64,000 nt of DNA. It comes from Eledone cirrhosa. Lineage: Eukaryota. The stretch is from contig OZ024741.1 of NCBI GenBank assembly GCA_964016885.1, positions 54,560,001 through 54,624,000 on the forward strand. Reading direction: 5' to 3'. How positions within the stretch are numbered: the first letter of the stretch is position 1; the number at the start of each line of letters is the position of its first letter. The position numbers and the translations under genes were made by a program. The notes beneath the pieces were generated by a model. That model saw nothing but the letters and a program-made list of their open reading frames with translations. It was not told the origin of the DNA and ran no database searches. This document shows, piece by piece, positions 1 through 14,436 of the stretch.

Positions 1-3000
1 CCTCCTCCTCTTTCCTTCTCCTCCTTCAAGTTTGACCTGTGTGTAATTCTTTTCTCGCGCAGTCTTGACCGAGCTGGTATGGAATTTTTTTTCTCTCTCT
101 CTTTCGTCTGTGACTTCACAAAACTAGCGTTTACCGATTTCGCAGACCAGACCACCTTATCTTCTTCTTCTTCTTCTTCTTCTTCTTCTTCTTCTTCTTC
201 TTCTTCTTCTTCTTCTTCCTCTTCTCTCCTTTCTCTGTGTCTCTCTCTCTCTCTTTTTTCCCCCCGTCAAACTTGGGCGAAATTCTTTCCTTGCTCACAT
301 TTCTACCAGGTTCGATGGTCTTTCGTCTCTTGTTCACGATTTCGCAGAGTTTATATTCATAGAGATCTGGGACTTGTCTATTTCTACTCACTTTCCGTTG
401 CTTAAACCCTTTTTGTTGTTACTCTAGCGTCCCCCTTTATTTACGTGTCCCAACGACTTTTTTTAGCCGTTGTTCGCACCAACCTGAGGCATAAGGCCCT
501 TAAAGCGATGAAATGCCGAGGACGGTTGGAGGGTCACTGATGAAGGACTCACTTTTTCATATGTATCCCATTTGCAACGCCGCAGCTCCATTATTATCAT
601 CATATTTACACATATTACTTTTCCATGCTGCCTGTCTGTCTGTTCCTTGTATCTTTACCACTTCTAGCAGTCTCTCTCCCTCTCTGTTACCCTCTCCTCA
701 ACTTTCACTCACTCATTCTCTGTCACTACCTCTCCTCCTCCTCCTTCAAGTTTGACCTGTGTGTAATTCTTTTCTCGCGCAGTCTTGGCCGAGCTGGTAT
801 GGAATTTTTTTTTCTCTCTCTCTTTCGTCTGTGACTTCACAAAACTTGCGTTTACCGATTTCGCAGACCAGACCACCTTATCTTCTTCTTCTTCTTCTTC
901 TTCTTCTTCTTCTTCTTCTTCTTCTTCTTCTTCTTCCTCTTCTCTCCTTTCTCTGTGTCTCTCTCTCTCTCTTTTTTCCCCCCGTCAAACTTGGGCGAAA
1001 TTCTTTCCTTGCTCACATTTCTACCAGGTTCGATGGTCTTTCGTCTCTTGTTCACGATTTCACAGAGTTTATATTCATAGAGATCTGGGAGTTGTCTATT
1101 TCTACTCACTTTCCGTTGCTTAAACCCTTTTTGTTGTTACTCTAGCGTCCCCCTTTATTTACGTGTCCCAACGATTTTTTTTAGCCGTTGTTCGCACCAA
1201 CCTGAGGCATATGGCCCTTAAAGCGATGAAATGCCGAGGACGGTTGGAGGGTCACTGATGAAGGACTCACTTTTTCATATGTATCCCATTTGCAACGCCG
1301 CAGCTCCATTATTATCATCATATTTACACATATTAATTTTCCATGCTGCCTGTCTGTCTGTTCCTTGTATCTTTACCACTTCTAGCAGTCTCTCTCCCTC
1401 TCTGTTACCCTCTCCTCAACTTTCACTCACTCATTCTCTGTCACTACCTCTCCTCCTCCTCTTTCCTCCTCCTCCTTCAAGTTTGACCTGTGTGTAATTC
1501 TTTTCTCGCGCAGCCTTGACCGAGCTGGTATGGAATTTTTTTTTCTCTCTCTCTTTCGTCTGTGACTTCACAAAACTTGCGTTTACCGATTTCGCAGACC
1601 AGACCACCTTATCTTCTTCTTCTTCTTCTTCTTCTTCTTCTTCTTCTTCTTCTTCTTCTTCCTCTTCTCTCCTTTCTCTGTGTCTCTCTCTCTCTCTTTT
1701 TTCCCCCCGTCAAACTTGGGCGAAATTCTTTCCTTGCTCACATTTCTACCAGGTTCGATGGTCTTTCGTCTCTTGTTCACGATTTCACAGAGTTTATATT
1801 CATAGAGATCTGGGACTTGTCTATTTCTACTCACTTTCCGTTGCTTAAACCCTTTTTGTTGTTACTCTAGCGTCCCCCTTTATTTACGTGTCCCAACGAC
1901 TTTTTTTAGCCGTTGTTCGCACCAACCTGAGGCATATGGCCCTTAAAGCGATGAAATGCCGAGGACGGTTGGAGGGTCACTGATGAAGGACTCACTTTTT
2001 CATATGTATCCCATTTGCAACGCCGCAGCTCCATTATTATCATCATATTTACACATATTACTTTTCCATGCTGCCTGTCTGTCTGTTCCTTGTATCTTTA
2101 CCACTTCTAGCAGTCTCTCTCCCTCTCTGTTACCCTCTCCTCAACTTTCACTCACTCATTCTCTGTCACTACCTCTCCTCCTCCTCTTTCCTCCTCCTCC
2201 TTCAAGTTTGACCTGTGTGTAATTCTTTTCTCGCGCAGCCTTGACCGAGCTGGTATGGAATTTTTTTTTCTCTCTCTCTTTCGTCTGTGACTTCACAAAA
2301 CTTGCGTTTACCGATTTCGCAGACCAGACCACCTTATCTTCTTCTTCTTCTTCTTCTTCTTCTTCTTCTTCTTCTTCTTTCCTTTCTCTGTGTCTATCTC
2401 TCTCTCTTTTTCCCCCCGTCAAACTTGGGCGAAATTCTTTCCTTGCTCACATTTCTACCAGGTTCGATGGTCTTTCGTCTCTTGTTCACGATTTCACAGA
2501 GTTTATATTCATAGAGATCTGGGACTTGTCTATTTCTACTCACTTTCCGTTGCTTAAACCCTTTTTGTTGTTACTCTAGCGTCCCCCTTTATTTACGTGT
2601 CCCAACGACTTTTTTTAGCCGTTGTTCGCACCAACCTGAGGCATATGGCCCTTAAAGCGATGAAATGCCGAAGACGGTTGGAGGGTCACTGATGAAGGAC
2701 TCACTTTTTCATATGTATCCCATTTGCAACGCCGCAGCTCCATTATTATCATCATATTTACACATATTACTTTTCCATGCTGCCTGTCTGTCTGTTCCTT
2801 GTATCTTTACCACTTCTAGCAGTCTCTCTCCCTCTCTGTTACCCTCTCCTCAACTTTCACTCACTCATTCTCTGTCACTACCTCTCCTCCTCCTCCTTCA
2901 AGTTTGACCTGTGTGTAATTCTTTTCTCGCGCAGTCTTGGCCGAGCTGGTATGGAATTTTTTTTTCTCTCTCTCTTTCGTCTGTGACTTCACAAAACTTG

Positions 3001-6000
3001 CGTTTACCGATTTCGCAGACCAGACCACCTTATCTTCTTCTTCTTCTTCTTCTTCTTCTTCTTCTTCTTCTTCTTCTTCTTCTTCTTCTTCCTCTTCTCT
3101 CCTTTCTCTGTGTCTCTCTCTCTCTCTTTTTTCCCCCCGTCAAACTTGGGCGAAATTCTTTCCTTGCTCACATTTCTACCAGGTTCGATGGTCTTTCGTC
3201 TCTTGTTCACGATTTCACAGAGTTTATATTCATAGAGATCTGGGAGTTGTCTATTTCTACTCACTTTCCGTTGCTTAAACCCTTTTTGTTGTTACTCTAG
3301 CGTCCCCCTTTATTTACGTGTCCCAACGACTTTTTTTAGCCGTTGTTCGCACCAACCTGAGGCATATGGCCCTTAAATCGATGAAATGCCGAGGACGGTT
3401 GGAGGGTCACTGATGAAGGACTCACTTTTTCATATGTATCCCATTTGCAACGCCGCAGCTCCATTATTATCATCATATTTACACATATTAATTTTCCATG
3501 CTGCCTGTCTGTCTGTTCCTTGTATCTTTACCACTTCTAGCAGTCTCTCTCCCTCTCTGTTACCCTCTCCTCAACTTTCACTCACTCATTCTCTGTCACT
3601 ACCTCTCCTCCTCCTCTTTCCTCCTCCTCCTTCAAGTTTGACCTGTGTGTAATTCTTTTCTCGCGCAGCCTTGACCGAGCTGGTATGGAATTTTTTTTTC
3701 TCTCTCTCTTTCGTCTGTGACTTCACAAAACTTGCGTTTACCGATTTCGCAGACCAGACCACCTTATCTTCTTCTTCTTCTTCTTCTTCTTCTTCTTCTT
3801 CTTCTTCTTCTTCTTCTTCTTCTCTCCTTTCTCTGTGTCTCTCTCTCTCTCTTTTTTCCCCCCGTCAAACTTGGGCGAAATTCTTTCCTTGCTCACATTT
3901 CTACCAGGTTCGATGGTCTTTCGTCTCTTGTTCACGATTTCACAGAGTTTATATTCATAGAGATCTGGGACTTGTCTATTTCTACTCACTTTCCGTTGCT
4001 TAAACCCTTTTTGTTGTTACTCTAGCGTCCCCCTTTATTTACGTGTCCCAACGACTTTTTTTAGCCGTTGTTCGCACCAACCTGAGGCATATGGCCCTTA
4101 AAGCGATGAAATGCCGAGGACGGTAGGAGGATCACTGATGAAGGACTCACTTTTTCATATGTATCCCATTTGCAACGCCGCAGCTCCATTATAATCATCA
4201 TATTTACACATATTACTTTTCCATGCTGCCTGTCTGTCTGTTCCTTGTATCTTTACCACTTCTAGCAGTCTCTCTCCCTCTCTGTTACCCTCTCCTCAAC
4301 TTTCACTCACTCATTCTCTGTCACTACCTCTCCTCCTCCTCTTTCCTTCTCCTCCTTCAAGTTTGACCTGTGTGTAATTCTTTTCTCGCGCAGTCTTGAC
4401 CGAGCTGGTATGGAATTTTTTTTCTCTCTCTCTTTCGTCTGTGACTTCACAAAACTTGCGTTTACCGATTTCGCAGACCAGACCACCTTATCTTCTTCTT
4501 CTTCTTCTTCTTCTTCTTCTTCTTCTTCTTCTTCTTCTTCTTCTTCCTCTTCTCTCCTTTCTCTGTGTCTCTCTCTCTCTCTTTTTTCCCCCGTCAAACT
4601 TGGGCGAAATTCTTTCCTTGCTCACATTTCTACCAGGTTCGATGGTCTTTCGTCTCTTGTTCACGATTTCACAGAGTTTATATTCATAGAGATCTGGGAC
4701 TTGTCTATTTCTACTCACTTTCCGTTGCTTAAACCCTTTTTGTTGTTACTCTAGCGTCCCCCTTTATTTACGTGTCCCAACGACTTTTTTTAGCCGTTGT
4801 TCGCACCAACCTGAGGCATATGGCCCTTAAAGCGATGAAATGCCGAGGACGGTTGGAGGGTCACTGATGAAAGACTCACTTTTTCATATGTATCCCATTT
4901 GCAACGCCGCAGCTGCATTATTATCATCATATTTACACATATTACTTTTCCATGCTGCCTGTCTGTCTGTTCCTTGTAACTTTACCACTTCTAGCAGTCT
5001 CTCTCCCTCTCTGTTACCCTCTCCTCAACTTTCACTCACTCATTCTCTGTCACTACCTCTCCTCCTCCTCTTTCCTCCTCCTCCTTCAAGTTTGACCTGT
5101 GTGTAATTCTTTTCTCGCGCAGTCTTGACCGAGCTGGTATGGAATTTTATTTTCTCTCTCTCTTTCGTCTGTGACTTCACAAAACTTGCGTTTAACGATT
5201 TCGCAGACCAGACCACCTTATCTTCTTCTTCTTCTTCTTCTTCTTCTTCTTCTTCTTCTTCTTCTTCTTCTTCTTCTCTCCTTTCTCTGTGTCTCTCTCT
5301 CTCTCTTTTTTCCCCCCGTCAAACTTGGGCGAAATTCTTTCCTTGCTCACATTTCTACCAGGTTCGATGGTCTTTCGTCTCTTGTTCACGATTTCACAGA
5401 GTTTATATTCATAGAGATCTGGGACTTGTCTATTTCTACTCACTTTCCGTTGCTTAAACCTTTTTTGTTGTTACTCTAGCGTCCCCCTTTATTTACGTGT
5501 CCCAACGACTTTTTTTAGCCGTTGTTCGTACCAACCTGAGGCATATGGCCCTTAAAGCGATGAAATGCCGAGGACGGTTGGAGGGTCACTGATGAAGGAC
5601 TCACTTTTTCATATGTATCCCATTTGCAACGCCGCAGCTCCATTATTATCATCATATTTACACATATTACTTTTCCATGCTGCCTGTCTGTCTGTTCCTT
5701 GTATCTTTACCACTTCTAGCAGTCTCTCTCCCTCTCTGTTACCCCCTCCTCAACTTTCACTCACTCATTCTCTGTCACTACCTCTCCTCCTCCTCTTTCC
5801 TCCTCTTTCCTCCTCCTCCTTCAAGTTTGACCTGTGTGTAATTCTTTTCTCGCGCAGTCTTGACCGAGCTGGTATGGAATTTTTTTCTCTCTCTCTTTCG
5901 TCTGTGACTTCACAAAACTTGCGTTTACCGATTTCGCTGACCAGACCACCTTATCTTCTTCTTCTTCTTCTTCTTCTTCTTCTTCTTCCTCTTCTCTCCT

Positions 6001-7794
6001 TTCTCTGTGTCTCTCTCTCTCTCTCTTTTTTCCCCCCGTCAAACTTGGGCGAAATTCTTTCCTTGCTCACATTTCTACCAGGTTCGATGGTCTTTCGTCT
6101 CTTGTTCACGATTTCACAGAGTTTATATTCATAGAGATCTGGGACTTGTCTATTTCTACTCACTTTCCGTTGCTTAAACCCTTTTTGTTGTTACTCTAGC
6201 GTCCCCCTTTATTTACGTGTCCCAACGACTTTTTTTAGCCGTTGTTCGCACCAACCTGAGGCATATGGCCCTTAAAGCGATGAAATGCCGAGGACGGTTG
6301 GAGGGTCACTGATGAAGGACTCACTTTTTCATATGTATCCCATTTGCAACGCCGCAGCTCCATTATTATCATCATATTTACACATATTACTTTTCCATGC
6401 TGCCTGTCTCTCTGTTCCTTGTAACTTTACCACTTCTAGCAGTCTCTCTCCCTCTCTGTTACCCTCTCCTCAACTTTCAGTCACTCATTCTCTGTCACGA
6501 CCTCTCCTCCTCCTTCAAGTTTGACCTGTGTGTAATTCTTTTCTCGCGCAGTCTTGACCGAGCTGGTATGGAATTTTTTTTTCTCTCTCTCTTTCGTCTG
6601 TGACTTCACAAAACTTGCGTTTACCGATTTCGCAGACCAGACCACCTTATCTTCTTCTTCTTCTTCTTCTTCTTCTTCTTCTTCTTCTTCTTCTTCTTCT
6701 TCCTCTTCTCTCCTTTCTCTGTGTCTCTCTCTCTCTCTTTTTTCCCCCCGTCAAACTTGGGCGAAATTCTTTCCTTGCTCACATTTCTACCAGCTTCGAT
6801 GGTCTTTCGTCTCTTGTTCACGATTTCACAGAGTTTATATTCATAGAGATCTGGGACTTGTCTATTTCTACTCACTTTCCGTTGCTTAAACCCTTTTTGT
6901 TGTTACTCTAGCGTCCCCCTTTATTTACGTGTCCCAGCGACTTTTTTTAGCCGTTGTTCGCACCAACCTGAGGCATATGGCCCTTAAATCGATGAAATGC
7001 CGAGGACGGTTGGAGGGTCACTGATGAAGGACTCACTTTTTCATATGTATCCCATTTGCAACGCCGCAGCTCCATTATTATCATCATATTTACACATATT
7101 ACTTTTCCATGCTGCCTGTCTGTCTGTTCCTTGTATCTTTACCACTTCTAGCAGTCTCTCTCCCTCTCTGTTACCCTCTCCTCAACTTTCACTCACTCAT
7201 TCTCTGTCACTACCTCTCCTCCTCCTCTTTCCTCCTCCTCCTTCAAGTTTGACCTGTGTGTAATTCTTTTCTCGCGCAATCTTGACCGAGCTGGTATGGA
7301 ATTTTTTTTCTCTCTCTCTTTCGTCTGTGACTTCACAAAACTTGCATTTACCGATTTCGCAGACCAGACCTCCTTATCTTCTTCTTCTTCTTCTTCTTCT
7401 TCTTCTTCTTCTTCTTCTTCTTCTTCTTCTTCTTCTTCTTCTTCTTCTTCCTCCTCCTCTTCTCTCCTTTCTCTGTGTCTCTCTCTCTCTCTCTTTTTTC
7501 CCCCCGTCAAACTTGGGCGAAATTCTTTCCTTGCTCACATTTCTACCAGGTTCGATGGTCTTTCGTCTCTTGTTCACGATTTCACAGAGTTTATATTCAT
7601 AGAGATCTGGGACTTGTCTATTTCTACTCACTTTCCGTTGCTTAAACCCTTTTTGTTGTTACTCTAGCGTCCCCCTTTATTTACGTGTCCCAACGACTTT
7701 TTTTAGCCGTTGTTCGCACCAACCTGAGGCATATGGCCCTTAAAGCGATGAAATGCCGAGGAAGGTTGGAGGCTCATTGATGAAGGACTCACTT

Positions 7795-7800
<6 letters not shown>
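1..7800 (+). repeat. Tandem array of ~720-bp units (11 visible; continues off the left edge), each with a variable (TTC)n tract and a hammerhead-like core
   Basis: Near-identical units. The CTGATGA marker recurs at 537, 1255, 1980, 2689, 3410, 4135, 4864, 5589, 6309, 7021 and 7777 (TTGATGA there); periods 709-756 bp, varying mainly in TTC/CCT tracts. The array ends at (AT)n. Confidence 0.97.
1192..1262 (+). ncRNA. Non-circularly permuted hammerhead ribozyme with K-turn (representative copy; one per array unit)
   Basis: GGCAU-A (1206-1211) pairs with GAA-AUGCC (1228-1235) as helix III. UGGCCCU (1212-1218) pairs with AGGGUCA (1248-1254) as helix I, directly followed by CUGAUGA (1255-1261). CCAAC-CU-GA / GAG-GA-CG-GUUGG forms a K-turn. 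Confidence 0.75.
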
Positions 7801-8412
<612 letters not shown>

Positions 8413-8502
8413 GTAGAAGTTCTATTTAAATTGTTGGGATACAACAAGCAAATATTTTTATAACTGATATAAAGCACTCAACAAATTATTGGAGTAAAAA
8501 TA

Positions 8503-9678
8503 CGATATATTAACAAATGGAAACTATATTTATAAAACCATATTTATTTCATTATACATATTTAAATTATGGTGTGCTTTCATCAGATAAAATATAATAT
8601 AGATCAGTTTTATAAATAAATATTGACATACCCTTAAAGAATGCGACCATTTCTGTTGGAAGCTCCCGGATAGTGGGGTTATAAATTTATTTATACTATT
8701 ATGCAAATTAGTGTCGGATATTTTAAAATCACAGTAGATTTAAAATAAGCCGTTTGGAGTATGGAGAGAGGGAAAGAGAAAAAAGAAAAAAGCAACTTTA
8801 AGAGTAAAATAAGAAAACAAGAAAAAGAGAAAGAGAGAAAGAGAAGAAAAAAGAAGAGAGAAAAGCGAAAGCGAGAGAGAAAGAGAAAGCCCTAAGTGAT
8901 AGGTTGTTGTATTAGCATAACTTTTAAGATTAAGTGAAAAAATAAATATTTTTGGATGAATAAAGTAAATAAGTAAATAGCGTGAATGGAAAATACTCGT
9001 GAATGGAAAATGTATTTTAACCAGTGTTTAAATATGATTAAATATTTAGTTTATCAATTAAATTATCCATCAAATTATTGAGATCTATACATTAAAAGTT
9101 GAGATCTATATATTATTAAAAATCTATATATTATTAAAACCCATATTATATTAATAGAATATATTCATATATATACGTACGCACACATACATACACATAC
9201 ATATAAATATATATATATATATATATATACCTACACATACCATATACATTGATAAAGGACTTTTTATGTATAAGATATAGGAATTTTCTTAAACGTATAT
9301 ATTTTTCTGAGAAACCAGAGAAAATAACCCGGAGAAAAACATTTCTATGTAATAGCAAAACAGCGTGAAGGAAATTAAGTTATTTACCTATATTAAATGT
9401 TATAAATGTCAAGATAACAAAGGAAATTTAAGATTATAGAAACCTTATGTTATAATACAAACCTTATATTATAAATTTTATATTTACTAAATCCACCTGT
9501 TATGTAGTTGTGACTGTTATTATATAAGTTTGTTTATCACGAACCTTAAGGAAACCCTTATAATCTAGTGCATTTGAATTGTATGCATATATATATATAT
9601 ATACACACACAACTCCCACATATATACACATAGACATAGATACACATACAGGTAGATATGCATCATATATATATATAA

Positions 9679-9760
<82 letters not shown>

Positions 9761-10336
9761 GTACAGTACATAGTATAATTGAAGTACATAATATATTTAA
9801 AAAATACATAATATATAAAAAAATAAGATAAAAATGAATTATATTACGATTTGGAAATATATTCTTACAATTATAAGCAATATAACTTAAAAGCAATATA
9901 ATTTAAAAAAATTACAGAATATCTTAAGATATAATTTTAAAATAAGAATATGTCTAAAAATTTCAGTATAAAATTTAAATTTTTTATACAATATTTAACT
10001 CTAAGTATGTTTAACTTAATTTTATAACTTTATGGGAAATTTTCAAAGAAAAAGAAAGAGAAAATATTTTCTCCTTATTTTAAATCTACTGTGATTTTAA
10101 AATATCCGATACTAATTTGCATAATAGTATAAATAAATTTATAACCCCACTATCCGGGAGCTTCCAACAGAAATGGTCGCATTCTTTAAGGGTATGTCAA
10201 TATTTATTTATAAAACTGATCTATATTATATTTTATCTGATGAAAGCACACCATAATTTAACTTGGTGTCCTTGAAATATGTATAATGAAATAAATATGG
10301 TTTTATATATATAGTTTCCATTTGTTAATATATCGT
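8503..10336. repeat. Inverted repeat with ~250-bp arms (8503-8749 / 10074-10336), PLE pseudo-LTR-like
   Basis: The arms are reverse complements. The right arm holds a degenerate HHR motif at 10233-10286 (CTGATGA-aagcacacca..tggtgtcctt-GAAA). Confidence 0.8.
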
Positions 10337-10639
10337 ATATATATATATATATATATATCATAAAACATGTCTTCAGAATCACTAGATGAAATATATATCG
10401 TTTCCTCTCCCAATTAGCATAATTAACCATATAAAAAAATCAATAAGACCATGCTATAAGAATAAAGACTCCTATGAAGAAATCTCCGACAAATAACCAA
10501 AAGCAGCCCCTTCGCGGCGGTTACGACGGAGTATTTATCGAGCATTTCGACAGCATGTATAAATCGACCAGATATACAGTCAACTAAACACAATTAGGTG
10601 TAAAATAAACTTAGAAGAAATGTGTACATATTTAAATAC

Positions 10640-10713
10640 CTCTACCATGGTTTCATCCGTATTTTGAGACATCCGATTTCAGTGGATGTCCAGAGCTTCG
10701 GATTCATCAGGAG
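10640..10713 (-). ncRNA. Type I hammerhead ribozyme with palindromic helix III
   Basis: Minus strand: ctc-CTGATGA-atccg...cggat-GAAA-ccatgg-TA-gag. Confidence 0.85.
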
Positions 10714-11283
10714 TTAGCTCAAAATTAGACAATTAATTTTACAAAGTGATCGCGCCAAGAATACATTCAAAAATGGCTAAGAATCGTGACGTGGCAGCGG
10801 TCAAGTTATAAAGGATGTGATTAGTTGCTTACGGCTGGTAGGCTTATTGCTAGAAGGCGCAGCATAATACAGCCAACTTGTATCTCAACCTAACGGGAGA
10901 TTTTTTATATGGTTAATTATGCTAATTGGGAGAGGAAACGATATATATTTTATCTAGTGATTCTGAAGACATGTTTTATGATATATAGCACTGATTATTT
11001 AATTTATTAATTCTTCATTGAGCCACAACGTGACCCGTTGCAAAACACATATATATCTATGACTTTATATATATGTAAAACTTTATATGTAATAATCTCC
11101 CGTTAGGTTGAGATACAAGTTGGCTGTATTGGGCTGCGCTTTCTAGCAATAAGTCTACCAGCCGTAAGCAACTAATCACATCCTTTCTAACTTGACCGCT
11201 GCCACGTCGCGATTCTTAGCCATTTTTGAATGTTTTCTTGGTGCCGATCACTTTGGAAAATTAATTGTCTAATTTTGAGCTAA

Positions 11284-11357
11284 CTCCTGATGAATCCGAA
11301 GCTCTGGACATCCACTGTTATCGGATGTCTTAAAATACGGGTGAAACCATGGTAGAG
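11284..11357 (+). ncRNA. Type I hammerhead ribozyme with palindromic helix III
   Basis: ctc-CTGATGA-atccg...cgggt-GAAA-ccatgg-TA-gag; helix II is kept by a G-U wobble. Confidence 0.85.
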
Positions 11358-11667
11358 GTAATTAAATATGTACACATTTCTTCTAAGTTTATTTTACACC
11401 TATTGTGTTTAATTGACTGTATATCTGGTCGATTTATACATGCTGTCGAAATGCTCGATAAATACTCCGTCGTAACCGCCGCGAAGGGGCTGCTTTCGGT
11501 TATTTGTCGGAGATTTCTTCATAGGAGCCTTTATTCTTATAGCTTGGTCTAATTGATTTTTTATATGGTTAATTATGCTAATTGGAAGAGGAAACGATAT
11601 ATATTTTATCTAGTGATTCTGAAGACATGTTTGATGATATATAGCTCTGATTATTTAATTTATCAAT

Positions 11668-11852
11668 GCGGTGGATTGGCAGTATCGGTAGAGGGTCGGA
11701 CGCCATGCTTTGATGCATAGAGTTACGGCCCTTGCTATTCTGAGTTCAAATCCCGCCGAGGTTAACTTTGCCTTTCATCCTTACGGGGTCGATAAAATAA
11801 AGTACCAGTAATGTACTGGGTAATTTCTGGCCTTGTGCCAATAGTAGAAACA
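11668..11852 (+). mobile_element. tRNA-derived SINE with 18-bp target-site duplication
   Basis: B-box GAGTTCAAATCC; TSD ATTATTTAATTTATCAAT at 11650-11667 and 11853-11870; close copies at 17.3, 21.5 and 42.8 kb. Confidence 0.9.
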
Positions 11853-11939
11853 ATTATTTAATTTATCAATTCTTCATTGAGTCACAACGTGACCCGTTGC
11901 AAAACACATATATATCTATGACTTTATATATATGTAAAC

Positions 11940-12276
<337 letters not shown>

Positions 12277-12399
12277 CGAAGGAGGTGTGGTAAGGAACCA
12301 AATGAACCATAACGCACCTGATTATTCAATACTTAGGGTAGTAGAGTGGGTAATAGGAAAATGTTAGACCCCGACGGCAGAGCTCAAGCCGTCGGGATC

Positions 12400-14436
12400 A
12401 AACATAAAATCCCAGACCTTATTTTCAGAGCCATAGAGAGGCTGTCTCTTTCTTGGGCTACTATCCTAAGGTTAAAGACAGAGAGGGGGGACTCTATTTT
12501 CACTGTTAAAATAAAATATTGCAGGGGTATATTTCAGAGTGACAGTCTCTCTGTGATATTATTCATCTTGTCATTAAACCCCTTGTCCTTTCTGCTCAAG
12601 AAATGTGAGGGATACATCATTGGCTCACAGGACAGAAATACGAACCTAACGCATAATGTTTTTGTGGACGATCTGAAACTCTATGCCAAGAACATGGATG
12701 TGATGAAGAAAAATCTTGACCTGGTTACGACGTTCTCAAAAGATATAGGAATGGAATTTGGCCAAGATAAAAGCTCATACATGTAAAGCGGAGAAAAACA
12801 ACAACCCAATCTAGCAACTTTGTCATCAATGGCCAAACTGTTTCACCGATATCTGATGAGGACTGCTACAGATACCTGGGGATAGATGAGAATATATCCT
12901 ATAATGGTATATGTAATAAGGAACGCGTAACCACAGAATACTACACTCGATTAAGAAAGATCTGGTCATCAGAACTCTCTGCGCAAAACAAAACAGTGGC
13001 TCACAATGTGTTTGCTGTGCCTGTCCTAACACCAACGTTTGGAATACTCAATTGGTCGATAAACGAAATCTGAGCCGTTGATGTTGGAACTTGAAAAATA
13101 CTAAACAACACCGGAAACTTCCACTTCAACAGTGACATAGACCGCCTTTACTTGAAACGTAAGCAGGGAGGCAGAGGCCTAACATCAGTCCAGACAACAT
13201 TTGAATGTCGCATCATATCCCTCCGACAACATCTACGAACCTCGAAGCGTAGGATCCCGTCTCTCGAGCAAGTCTATCTGCATGAAAGTAGGGAAGGAAC
13301 TCCTCGAGAGATATTCCTTGTGTGATAATCAAAAGCTCACACCCAGGGAAGTCGTTCCACAGTATCGCAGTTAATCCATGTATGAAAAACTGCATGCTTA
13401 TCAACAAAAAGTCATGCATGGATATGTTGCCAGGAAGCTCCAGAGTGAGAGTAATATAGATAAGGAAAGTAGTCTATCTTTGACCAACAACCGCTATATT
13501 GGCTCTCACTTTGAAGGATACGCTTTTGCAATCCAAGAACAGGAGATTAACACGAAATACCTGATTCACAAAAGAGATAGGAATGCAGGCAAAACACCTA
13601 AATGTGATAACAAGTGCAGACTGCAGAACTAACTTCGAGGATATCACCCATGTCATCAGCAGCTGTCCAAAGATGTCATCGCCGTACTATCTCCCTATGA
13701 AGCATGATGTAGTGGCCAAAACACTGTAAAATGCAATCCGTAAAAAAGATAGCCGCGATAGTAAACACACTAAAAGCTACAGCAATGTGGAAGACATCAA
13801 CGTACATAATATGAAAGAGAACTGGTACAATGTTCCAGTAAAAACCCCAATGAAATGCAGGCATAACAGACCAGATATTATGATATGGGACAGGGAGAAG
13901 AAAGCATGTAGAGCAGTGGAAATTAGCTGCCCAGCAGATGTCAATATAATATCAAAGATTAGCGAAAAGGAGAATATGTATGCAGAACTGACTGAGAAAT
14001 CTGCAGATACTCCACCCTGATTACACCTTCAGATTTATGCCTGTGATTATTGAGGCACTGTAGTATGTTAGTAACTGCCTCAATACAAATCTTGAGAAGC
14101 TAGGCTTCACAGGAACAAAAAGAACACAACTACTTAGGAAATTACAAGTACAATCCATTAATGGAACAGTAACAATATGTAAAACATTCCAAAAATGTTG
14201 CATCTAATAACTGCATATACACATGTACAGATACAAAGCATATACACATGCACACATACAACTCAAAACATACACATCCACACATACAATAACATCCATA
14301 TCTACACATGCATGCATACATACATATCTACCTAGTTGATGTTGTGTAAATTCCAATGAAAGAGTCTTGTGTCTATGTTAGAAACCGACTCTCTCTCTAT
14401 TAGGAAAAAATTTGTGAAATTATAAAACCAGAAGAA
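12400..14436 (+). mobile_element. Degenerate 5'-truncated R4/Dong-clade non-LTR retrotransposon (RT + Zn knuckle + RLE endonuclease)
   Basis: GIFQSDSLS and FVDDLKLY RT motifs; AIQEQEINT..KCR; HNRPDI..VEISCP; 3' UTR ending at (CATA)n; many stop codons. Confidence 0.9.

Noticed and set aside
436-557. Array unit as a Pol III snRNA, C/D snoRNA or SECIS (TTTATTTA, CTGA/TGATGA, T5)
   Set aside because: No match to U6, U6atac, U3, Y, vault or tRNA-Sec as I recall them, and the box order and spacing are wrong. The hammerhead register explains the motifs better.
79-7667. Repeated ORFs (poly-S/L/K/E) in the array
   Set aside because: They are by-products of (TTC)n tracts, and frames shift freely between units.
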